This document shows positions 13,101 through 25,100 of a stretch of 64,000 nt of DNA, piece by piece; the stretch's first letter is position 1; the number at the start of each line of letters is the position of its first letter. The notes beneath the pieces are model-generated. The model saw nothing but the letters and a program-made list of their open reading frames with translations, did not search any database and was not told the DNA's origin. The stretch lies in the NCBI GenBank assembly GCA_038087875.1, contig CM075987.1, forward strand, positions 18,538,001 to 18,602,000. The letters are read 5' to 3'. The translations under genes and the position numbers were made by a program. The DNA is from Malacoraja senta (taxonomy: Eukaryota).

Positions 13101-16100
13101 AAAAAAAAATTCTTAAGCTGGGTTCAAACCCTCAAACTGCTACAATTTTGTGTTTGTTCAGAAGTAATTCAGAAAGTTTAAAAGTAAATGAATTTTTCCA
13201 GCAAACAATAATTTTATCAATGTTTCACTTAACAAATGATGTCAATACGCTGACTCTACTTGCAGAGCAGATAAAATATTTGAAGGCGCATGATGATGCG
13301 CGCGACCGTCGCGCATCAGTCACTACCGGCCTGTCGTGTAAATGACGGACAAGTGGGACAGGCCCTTTAGTGTAAGGAGAAAGTGACAGACTATGTGCCA
13401 CAACAGACTCCTGTATTATTACCTTCAGCTTCCAATGTAATCTTCTAGCTAAAATACTCATTTGCTAAAAATAAATGCTCCACATCAGACTCACTGATTC
13501 AGCCGTAATGCTTTGACTGCTCGACTCTCGGGGAAGCCCATTTCCGTCAGTTGACGTAGAGCTGCCTCATCCACTCGTTCTTCCTCATCCTCATCCAGCA
13601 TGGCTACGTGAAGGAAAAAATACATTAGTAACACTCAGAACAATCAAGTTTATCTTAAAGTTACAATGAAACAAGAAATGAATTCTGAGAAGGGCTTAGA
13701 AAATAATTTTCTTAAAAAGAGCATGATACATGTCCTTTGAACCTTTGAAAATTAATATCTGAAATATCAAGTGCAGGGCAAGTGTTTTCTACAATATCAA
13801 AGTTTTCCAAATCAAATCAGAGGTTTATTCATCAAAATAATTTGATCAAAGTTGTTCAATATAAGAAATTGGCCTGATGCAGAGAAATAGATTCCTTTTC
13901 AATTCTGATAATACGTCATCAACCTGAATGGTTCTCTCTGTTCCATATATCTGTGAACAAGATTGTTGTCTCAAACTCCAATGTGTCAGGCTTCAAAGAG
14001 CTGAATGCAGTAGTTTCATTTTGTAAAACTGCGATACATTTTTTTTTCACTTCTGGGGAAATACAAACCAATCGTAATCCTGCAAAAAAAAACGAATCTC
14101 ATTGGGACATGTCCCCAGCTCTCAAAAGAATGTCAATTTCCCAATGAAAAACGATACTGCTGCAGTAGACAATATTTTTCTGACTTGCTGGCCAAGTACA
14201 GAAACGTACACGATTTCAGGAACTCCCTGATTTCCTCTCAAGCTTTTTTACAAAGTCCTATGATTTACAAGTTCCCATTATCACACTTTCTCTGATGTTC
14301 TCCATTCTAAATATTCTGTCTCACTTCAACATTTCTTCCAAATGAAAAATTCAGATTAAAGAGCAACACCCATAAAACAACCAAATATCCCAATTGTTAA
14401 ATGCAAACAATTCTGACAATGCAGTTCCATAGTCTTCAAAATTATTTTGTCTTTAAATTTGCATTACTTTTAGTTTCTTTGTCCACTCTCAATTTGTGAT
14501 ATCCGATATAAATGAAGATATACCTAAATCGTTAAATCTAATCCAAGGAGATATACTCCTGTGAGATATCTTTACAATACTACTGATATTATTAAATAAT
14601 CTCAACAACTACACCATTACAATTATTCATCAAAGTAGAATTTCCATCAGTTGCTACTGCCGAATGGTTCTCCTTCTAGCCCCAAAGATAATGAATGTAT
14701 TCAAGTGCAACATTCCGTCACTATTCCACCCAGCGACTTGAGAAAAAACATGATTTGTGGATAGAACAAAAATCAGGGCCAAAGAACAGACTGTTGCCTT
14801 GGCATCAACAAAATGCAATCTTACCATTTGCCTTCTTAAACAGTTCAACAGCATCTGGATTTAACGCTAGCAACTTCTGTGCCACTTCTATTAGTGAAAC
14901 AAGTATTTTCCTGAGTTCTGTCTGAAACTAGAAATAAACATTAGCTTACAATTTATTTTCAGTTAAATATCATTGTTTAGCTGAACAAGAATAATTGGTT
15001 AATGCAGATTTTGTATTTTTGCCAACAGCTCTGAATCACATCCTGTTTGCAAAATCTAATCACTTCACATCACTCTCTCTATCACTCCAGCTAAATATTT
15101 GTCAATATACCCAGTCCATCTACTTCTACCCAGTATTCCTCCAGACACATTATTGGCACTAATATCTCATTTTTCAGAACAAAGCACAAAAACATGCTTG
15201 GTCCATGCTCATTGCCATAAGATGTGGTTGCAGTTTGGTTTTGTTTCCTGTGAATCAGCCTCTTGGTAATCATCACTTAGATCACCATTAATCCCTCTAA
15301 CGTCTTCCTGCAGCATTCAGTGGGACTGATTTGAATACTGCTCCCCTGATGGAAATGGGCGAAAAGATTGTGGTCTTAGCTTTCGAGCCTAATGAATAAA
15401 TAGCAAGTACAATCTAGGCCAGGAGTTATGTGTTCTATTTAAAAAACCTATGGACGGATTGATCAGAACGTTCTCTCTGGGCATTACAGGGCAGGTTTAG
15501 ATCACCCTATCCAGACAGCAAGAAACCCCCATTTGGCGGCTTAACAAATGTTAGGAACCATTTCATTTGTCCCAGCGGCATCTGCGATTCTTTGTCAGCA
15601 GCTGCTGCTCATCGACGTTGAGCTGGAACTCCATGCTTCAGGAATTTAAAAACAAGTCATTCATAACTAAGCTGCTGAATTTGAGTTTGAAAACTGAATT
15701 TCCAGCACAGAAATTCACCGCTGATAATTTAAATACAAAAGTGAACTGAAACAATTTTAATTACATGCATCATCCCAACAGCGATTAGGGTTTCACAATC
15801 ACTTAAGGTTTTTTATTTAGATCTTCAATAGCATTGCCCATGTACACTAGATCTACAGTCATGTTCAGTTGTTGAGGGGTTGTAACAGTTAGGAATAAAT
15901 GAACCAAAGTGTTCAAAACAAACTCAACTAACAATTCGTAGGTAATGCCTTATTAACTTTATTGACTTATCAAATTCCAATACTAAGACATTTACTTTGG
16001 AAACACCCCATATAAACTCATCAATTACATCCTCATGCCAGCAGTTGGGTTACAGAGGAATAACATAACAGAAGAGTGCAGAAAAATAATATTTTAAAAA

Positions 16101-19100
16101 TTTATTGTAAAGAAATAAAAACAATTGATTTTAACCACCTCTTTAAAAAAAATGATGTAAAGATAAAGTCACGTACATCTCGCAGGTTGTGTTGGGTAAC
16201 CATGCGATCAACCTGCCGAGCAGCAAGTTGAGCTGTCACCTTCATGATGTCCTCCTTATCTGGAGCCTTTTGCTCTTGTTTTTTCTGATGGAGAAGGGAA
16301 AAGAAAAATGCATTATATTAAAAGATGGCGTGATGAGAATATAAACGACCAATACAATACACAGTCATTGTGAAGGCAAACAAAATTCGACTCTCATTCT
16401 TGGAAAAATCTGAAACCATCATTTATCACTCCAGAAACCCTTTCTTCCCTTTCCACAGGAAATATGGAGAACTACGTAAAAGTATGTACTTCACATTAAG
16501 TGGTCTCTAATCCAAAATGTGAAATGAGAATTAAGTGAGACATAACCACAATAGAAATCTGTGCAATTTTACAAGGAATCCCTGGTGATATAAAACAACT
16601 AGCCATAGATTAGAAGAGTGTTTCCTATACTGTGGAGTTTCCCCAAATGTCAAGAGAGATTGTTTTAAATGAGTAGTTTACCTTTTCTTCTGCAGAAACA
16701 TCAGCCATTTTGGGAGGAGCAGCAGGGGCACGCTTTTTAATTAACAATAAAACATCTAGAATAGAACCAAAGGGGAACATGAGTATGCAACCGAGACAAC
16801 AGCAGATGGCAGATGATCCGAACACGCTACTCAATCTTTTCCCTGTCAGACTAATACAAGCAAAACATGGTCAGGATTAATGTCATTATCCAGTTAAACC
16901 ACAGAAATTACCTACTGCATCTTAAACTATCACACTTGTCCTACAATTATTTTACCTAGACATCTGGGGCTCACCATGGGACTTGGATTTGACAACCAAA
17001 AAAATAATTGCACTGGCTGTAAATCTAAAATGGACAGCCAATTCTGAAGATGCCCATCAATAATTCTATTTCTTTCTCACATTGATCAATCTGATTAGTG
17101 CTTCAAAAGTTTTCTATTTTCATTTTAGTTTTGAAGTCCAGACGTTGATAGTACAATAACAATATTTTTCCAGTCTTGTAATGTTGACTTTAAATTATTT
17201 TCTGCTGGGATACAGTTTGCTAGTACCCCCTCTTAAAGTTGTCCCTGTGGTCTTATTGATGTTAACACAGTGGACAGTAAAACTATCCCCAACTCAACTC
17301 CAGAACAACCCTTACCAGACAGTAATGAATGGGAATGACAGATAATTTTCACTGACTTAGCTCAAGACTGCCGAACACCACTAAAGCTCTAACGTCATCC
17401 CAGAACAACGACCAAAGCTGGGTCCCTCCTACTTAGTGTTGTTTAGCTCTGAGTGAAGGAAATCACTCTGCTACTGTGGATACTTCAGACCACTGCTTTA
17501 ATACTTTCCTCCAAACACGCTGCTCTCAAGATCAGCCATAAATGCACAGCCCAGGTTTAGCAACTTTAAGTCAGAGAGGAATTGCTTGTGTACATGTCAC
17601 ATTATTGTGAGGGATGTTCTGAGGGAACTGAGGGGCATAGGTTAACCTACAGTTAAATCAAGAATCACTTGTAGCCCTCAAGGCTATATATCAAACAACA
17701 CATCACAACCCAGAATTCATTTTAAAGGATCAAAATCTTGGAACTCCCGGCCCAACACTGCAAAATACCAGGCAGCAATGGGTCAAGGACAATCTCAGCA
17801 TCACCACTGAACAAAAGGGGATGGGTAATAAATGTTGGCCTCATACTCTCTGTATATATTTTCTCTATGTATGAATCATTTTACCAGTCTTGTTAACTGC
17901 AGTATTATTTTCCTTTATAATCTTTCAAGTTAGCTTTCAGAACGTCCCACACTAAAATGTCACTAATTGCCTAAGCCTATTTATAACATTCAAAGCTGTC
18001 CAGCCTCAAAAGAAACTAAACTCAAAAACAAGAGAAAATAAGAGAAAAATAGTCTACCACAAGCTGGCAAGACTGCAACATTCCCCATGTTAGGCTGATT
18101 ACATTATTCAGTTGATCTAAACCACGGAAGCACATTAACCACCTTAGTTAGTATTTGTTACTTTCCTTGCATCCCACCCCCAGATACCCACTACTCAAGG
18201 TTATTGAGTAGGATTAAAACTCTCAAATGAACTTCCTTTATCAGTATTTTTTCTTTTAAAATGAGAAATCCCCAAAGACCCCCTCCATTCAAGGAGCAGT
18301 GCTGACACTCACCTTTATCCTGGAGGTTCTCTTCACCTACAGTCTTTGTGTCCGACAGGACCCTCTCTGAAGTAGCGTGAATGAGTTTGTGGTGTGTGAC
18401 TGTCTTTGGATCCTCTAAACCTCCTTGTATGCACTGTAGGATGTACCAAGAAATTACAAATTGATTTTAACCCTTTTAAGGGTACACCACAGTAAATATT
18501 ATGGTACAAACTTGAATTCAGTTCTTTACTTCCTTAATGGCAAAGTACTCAGGCTCATTTACAGTAAAAGTAGCAGGGAGAAGACAAGTACATAAACAAC
18601 ACACTTAAGGGCCTGTCCCACCAGCATGCGACTGCATGCGGCAAGCGCGACCTAACGTGGTCGCTTGAGCCGTACGGCCTCGCTGGGCCGGTCCCACTTC
18701 GATCGCTGGAGCCGTATGGAGTTGTGCAGGCTCCGAAAAACTGACACTGTTCAAAAATTCCGCGCGGCAACGGCATGCCGACCCGCAGCCGCCTCGACGC
18801 CGTACGCACCACCTCGGCTGGCGTGCGCAGCGTCTCGACGCCGAAAATCACGCACGAACTTCCCGCGGACTTCGCTCGAACTTCACGTCACTCACTCGAC
18901 CTCCGCGCGGCCCCCGCTTCCGGTTTGGTCGCGCTCGCCGCATGCAGTCGCATGCTGGTAGGACCGGCCCTGTACGGGGATCACTCGACCTCCGCGCGGC
19001 CCCCGCTTCCGCTTTGGTTGCGCTTGTCGCATGCTCGTGGGACAGGCCCTTAAATCTCACACATTTAAAGCATACTTAAAACAATGCTGTGCTTATATGT

Positions 19101-22100
19101 TTAAAACGTTTGCCATTTTCTCCCGCTCCTAAAACCATTGGTTCTTTATCGAGATGTAGCCCTGCGGGCATAGGCAACATGCTATGTGAGACACCCAGGA
19201 AGAATTATTTCCAAGCCAATAGGAAGCCATTTGATGCAGAGACTGTACATTGGTCTGCACATGGGTACAAACACCCACTCGGACTCTTCTCTCCTTTACC
19301 GGAGTGCTGAGACAACTGATGCCTGAGTGGTGGTTCCAGATACTTGTGGTGAAATTCTCAGACACCCTCACAAGCACTGACTAAATCTTTAGCACAAAAA
19401 TCAAGAGTTCAAGTTCAAAGGTTTAATTCTTTCATTGGAGTTAAAATCTAGTTACAGTTATGGAATTGCAACCAGATAGTTTGTTTTCATTTTTTAAATC
19501 AAAGACTGCCCGGGTGACAGGACATCGACCTTAAAAGTTAACACTGCTTCTCCTTCCAAAGACATTAACCTGCCTAACGTGCTGAGTGCACAAAGTTATT
19601 TTTAACAGCTTAAATCAGGGGTGTCAAACTACCGGCCCACAAAGGGGTCCAATCCGGCCAGGGAGATGATTTGGGGAAATAAAAAGTATATTCACGACCA
19701 TTTATTTTAAGCCTTAAAATGTGTTTTTTTTACTGCAAATTAAAAATACTAATGTCTGTTTGTTACATTGTTTAATAGAGGTAAGTGTCGATCAAAGCAC
19801 TTGCTTGTTAATTTCAATGTTATGTCAATTTCTATGACCTCTGCAGTATGACCAGCAGCCTGTGTTCTTAAAGGGACAGGGATGCCAGATTGCTTCCTCT
19901 TCTTTCGTGTGGCGTGCACAGCCTAAAGTTGTTGGACAACTTGTTCTATTTGATCTTCCGTTTGTGCACGTCGAGTTGATTGCATTAGTCGAAACAGGTT
20001 GCAATCTTCCACCCCCCCAGATTGCTGTGGGATGCTCCATCCATATAATTAGAATCCTTTATACAAGGGTCCACAATAACGAGGACTTTTTAGATGTGAT
20101 CGATAACAAATCAAAAACAAAATCAGCTCTTCCTCTTAAAACTACCTCATCAAACAAGCTGTCCAAATCATCTACTGCAGTCCACTTTCATTTTTTTCAT
20201 TAAGAAATATTTAGTTTAGAACCAACCTGTTCCTGGCACAATACATGTTTAATAAAAGGCAGGGAGCACTTAAAATGTCCAACTAGTTTCCTCCAAACCC
20301 CCCCCCCCCCCCCACCTCCCATATTCCAAACAAAATGATGATTCTCTTTATTTTAAGCACGAGTTCACAACTGAATATTCTCCAGATCAGTGTTGAAAGT
20401 AGCTTCCTGTCCTAGACAGCAGGAAATGTAATTAATCACGTTGCACAGTAAGTGGATGTGTGGTTATATGCTATTTTATCCTTCTGCCCCAGTAAACTGG
20501 TATCCAACATCCCCTTGTGGAAATCTATGTGCGAAAAACAAGCAAAGCAAGATCACATTAGTTTATGAAGTTGCCACAATGTTGACAGTCTGATGATGCA
20601 CGAATGCTCACTTACATGGGACACCAAAGGATAACTGTTTTTTTCTAGTGCTCGGCTCAACAAAATCAGTGACTTGAGAGGTAGAAAAGTAGTTTTCCCC
20701 TCAGCAAATATAATAATCATAAAATACAATACCAGTTTAATCAAGACTTTAGATTGAGAGTCCTGCACAATATAGATCTTAAAGATTCTACAAACAATTT
20801 ACGGGAAAGGCCACTGCCTCCATCTACTATGGAGGGCAATATAATCTTTTTTTCCCAGGAAGCTCACAAACCCAAAAAACAAAAATCTTAACCACCAGTG
20901 ACAGTTCATTTTCCAACCAACCCAAAGCCAAGAATAAATTCCAGCAGCTCTGAATTCCAAGGTTCATTCAGTACGAGCACTTCTACTTCCCAAGAGAATT
21001 CACCTCCATCATCATGAATGGACCCCAAGCATGCCACCCCAAGCAGATGTTCTGCTCGCACTGGAGGTGCTGCAGACCGTGGTTAACAAATACTAGAGAA
21101 CATACGCAGCACCATTCCCATCATAGCCAAGGACTTCAACAAGGCCAGTTTGTACAAGTCACTGTGTAAGAAGGAACTGCCGGTTTAAACCAAAATAGAC
21201 ACAAAATGCTGGAGAGAAGGAATGGGTGACGTTTCGAGACCTTTCTTCAGACTGAAAGTCACGGGAACGGGAAACGAGAGATATAGACGATGATGTAGAG
21301 AGTTATAGAACAAATGAATGAAAGATATGCAAACAAAGTAACAATGATAAAGTAACAGGTCACTGTTAGCTGTAGCTAGGTGAGAACGAAAGCTGCTGAG
21401 ACTTGGGTGGGAGAAGGGATGGAGAGAGGGAATGGAGGGGTTACTTGAAATTAATATTTTTACAATAATGTAAGATGCCCAAGCAAAATATGAGATGCTG
21501 TTCCTCCAATTTGCGTTGAGCCTCACTCCGACAATGGAGGAGGCCTCGGACAGAAAGGTCAGTGTGGGAATGGGAATTAAAGTGTTTAGCAACCAGGAGA
21601 TCAGGTAGGTCCAGGCGGACTGAGCAAAGTGTTCAGCGAAACAATCGCCCAGTGTACATTTGGTTTCGCCGATGTATAAGAGTCCACATCTTGAACAACG
21701 GATACAGTAGATGAGGTTGGAGGAGGTGCAGGTGAACTTCTGCCTAACCTGAAAGTTGCAGGAGAAGGTAGGGGGTAGTTTGGGTGGGAAGGGATGTTAA
21801 CCAGGGAGTTGCGGAGGGAACGGTCTTTGTGGAAGGAGGTGGAAATGGGAAGATGTAACTAGTGATGGGATCCCGTTGAACATGGTGCAAATGTCGGAGG
21901 ATTATGTTTTGTATGGGATGAAAGGCAACTAGAGGACTCTGTCCCTGTTGCGACTAGGGGGAGCAAGGGCGGAGGTGCAGGGTACCGAGGAGACACATGT
22001 GATGGCCTCATCTATGATGGAGGAGGGGAACCCCCGTTCCCAAAGAATAAGGATTTCTCGGAAGTCACTTCCTAACTACCATCAGCATATGTTATGCAGC

Positions 22101-25100
22101 ACCGGTGGATCAAAGACCATCCACCATTGCTATTACACAATCGAAGATGCCTATTGCTTTATCCATCCACTCACTTTGGGAAATCATATTAGCTGTGCTC
22201 CTTCTTCCTGCGTATTGGCTGTGACTGAGGAGCATGGCTCCAGCGGTGAGGAATGCACAGAGCTGGAGAGGCGAGGTAGAGGAACCACTCTGTGACTGTT
22301 TGGAGTCAGTAGACGGGCCTAAATGACTATGTTGCTGTTATTACTGATTTTATAAGGAAAGGTGTGGAGGGGTATGTTTGCACCCAAACCATCTAAGTTT
22401 TCCAAAACCAAAAGTCCCGGATCAACTAAGAGGTCCAAAAAACTCCAACCAGTTGGTCTGCGCATGTTTGAAGAACACAACCTCCCTGAGTTGGAGCATG
22501 AGGGAGAAAGAGTAGCCCATTCCTTCTCCCCAGAGATGCTGCCTGTCCCACTGAGTTACTCCAGCATTTTGTGTCTACATTAGCTTGATGTACTTTTATA
22601 CAGCTTTTTCAATTAAAAAATAATGTACATTGGCTGGCGCGCATTAAACGATGGTCCAGTCAACATGTTTCAAACAAAATTAAAACATTTGCATGGCCAA
22701 CAATAACCACCCACAGCCAGCAACAGGAGCAAAATGGATATGAGGTAAATGCGGCTTCTGTCAACATCACTGGCATGTTATTTATTTTTAAATCACATAG
22801 AATCAGACCATTTGAAGTTGATATCATTAACAATGGAAATGGTCTGGAGCAAATTGAACATCCATTAACGAAGCTCAGAGAAACCCAACAACTAGCCAAA
22901 GGATAGTCAAATACCCAAGTGTCCCTCGATTTATTCTCAAGAAAACTGACACAGCCAGTCAAAGAGTCGCTGATCTCAACACCCTAACTGCAACAGTGGA
23001 AGAGCAAAAAACATACACCTTCAAAAGATGGCGAGATATAAATTATCATTTACAACCTATTCAATAGAAATGATGTATTATACAAAATTTCAACTGGCTC
23101 ATCCAAAAGAAAACAATGTCCTTAGGTCCCAGTGGCTATCTGCCTCTGTTTGGATTCCTATAATTTCCACAACTAACGAGCCAGTACAGATCCCCTGCAT
23201 GCTGTTTAACCCTAAGCATATCCACCAAATTTGAAAACATTATTAGAGAATCTCTCCCAAAATCATAATTCATGCCTTCAACATTCCTGTCAAGCAGAAG
23301 ATGCAAAGCGTTCATGGAGATGAATTCCTGACTTTCCAGGTTACCTTGTTGTGGCCCTTGCATTTTATTTGTATCTACACTTTTGTGATGGCTATAACAC
23401 TATATTCTGCAGTTAATTTTCTCTTTTGCATATCCTGACGTACACATGAATGATATGACTTGCCAAGATAGTTCACAAAACAAAGTCTGTCACTGCATCT
23501 CGGTAGATGTGATTATAAGCCAATGATTCAGAAGACAAGATAAATACAAATTTAAGATTCTTCATTTGTGACTAAGAGTGAACAAGTTGGCAAGCAATCA
23601 GACAGTACAAGGCATCCAAGTGAGTGCGATCATGCTGTCACACGTTTACATACACACCCACTCCTTCCTTCTTGCACACATCACGTCAGAAGTCTCAGGA
23701 GAGCTGAAGTAATCAGGCTAATATCCTCTTTCAAGGGCAGAATGCAAAGACCACTTGTCAAACTTCATCGCAGCCAAGGGGATGAAATCAACATTCTTTA
23801 TCAAAACCATTAGGTTGTACGCCAAGCAGTTGTCTTAATCAGGTAACACCTTGGTACATATTTTTTTAAGCACGTGACGTGAAAGGTTAAAAGTGTACAC
23901 ACAAATTTGTCACTGCAATCTGAATTGCTCTTTCTCTGGGATGTAAGAGCAGTCAGAGTATAAAATAAAATAATTCCATTTGCTTTAAAGTAAACAGCAC
24001 AAGTGGCCATTCAGCCCACCATATCTATACTGATCTGTCTTCATAATTACAATTACTGCAAAACAGTAAGGAATACTTCCATTATTGATAGCAAAACCAA
24101 ATATAACCCAAAATATGTAATGTGAAAGGGACCCTCAAAATAAATCTTACAATTATATCAATTAAGACCAGTCTGAAGAAGAGTCTCGACCTGAAACATC
24201 ACCCATTCCTTCTCTCCAGAGATGCTGCCCGTCCCGCTGAGTTACTCTAGCATTTGGTGTCTACCTTCGATTTAACAAGCATCTGCAGTTCTTTCCTACA
24301 ATTATGTTATTGCACTTCACCCTCGGGAGAAACGGATTATGATTTAACATAAGGAGTGATCTCGCTTTGGTTATGCTGTGAACGGAGTATTTGCAACAGC
24401 TTGTACACTGCACCATGTGCTTGTTTATTTTTGGCACTTAGTAACTGTCAGGGCACAAGTGTAAGAAACCCAAAGAGAAAAATATGACAAGCAAAAAACA
24501 AGATTTTAACCTTGCAGAGTGCAGAACAAGAGTCTGCTGCAACCATAATCCAAAACTGCTGATTAGAAACATTTGGTAATTTAATAGCGCAAAAATACCA
24601 AACAACTAGCTAAAAATAATTTCACCAACGATCAAGGCTTTAAAGAATGATATCAGCTTCTTCAAAGCTGGACACCACTTCTTTTTTTTAAAACATCATC
24701 CTCGATATAATTAATCTAGGTTGCAGTAAACGTCTTCATAAGCGTTGGGACCTCGAGGCAGTTCATGCACAAATGTGCCATTAAATTTTTGATACCATTT
24801 GATAAATTCTTAATAAATCTTACTTTGTGTTTTTCTATGTACTTCAGTTTAAAAAACATAGCTTGCATTTATAAAACCCCTTTCAACTCTGTAGATATTC
24901 TGAAGCACCTTATAGGCAAAGAACAGGGTAACTGGGTTCACTATTGTTACCTAAGCAAACTCTGCAGTAAGCTCATGTCTAGCAAAGTCCCATGAACTAA
25001 AATAAGAATAATTGGCCGGGCTTATTTATAGCCAGCTCTGGAATAATGGCTGGTCAGGAGAACCCCTCCGCTCTTGTGCCATATGTACCAGAACACATGG

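Noticed and set aside
16324-16420. Box C (GTGATGA) ... box D (CTGA) pair about 85 nt apart with GATGG/CCATC flanks, snoRNA-like
   Set aside because: It is antisense to the host intron, the terminal stem is out of register for a K-turn, and no guide sequence is recognisable.
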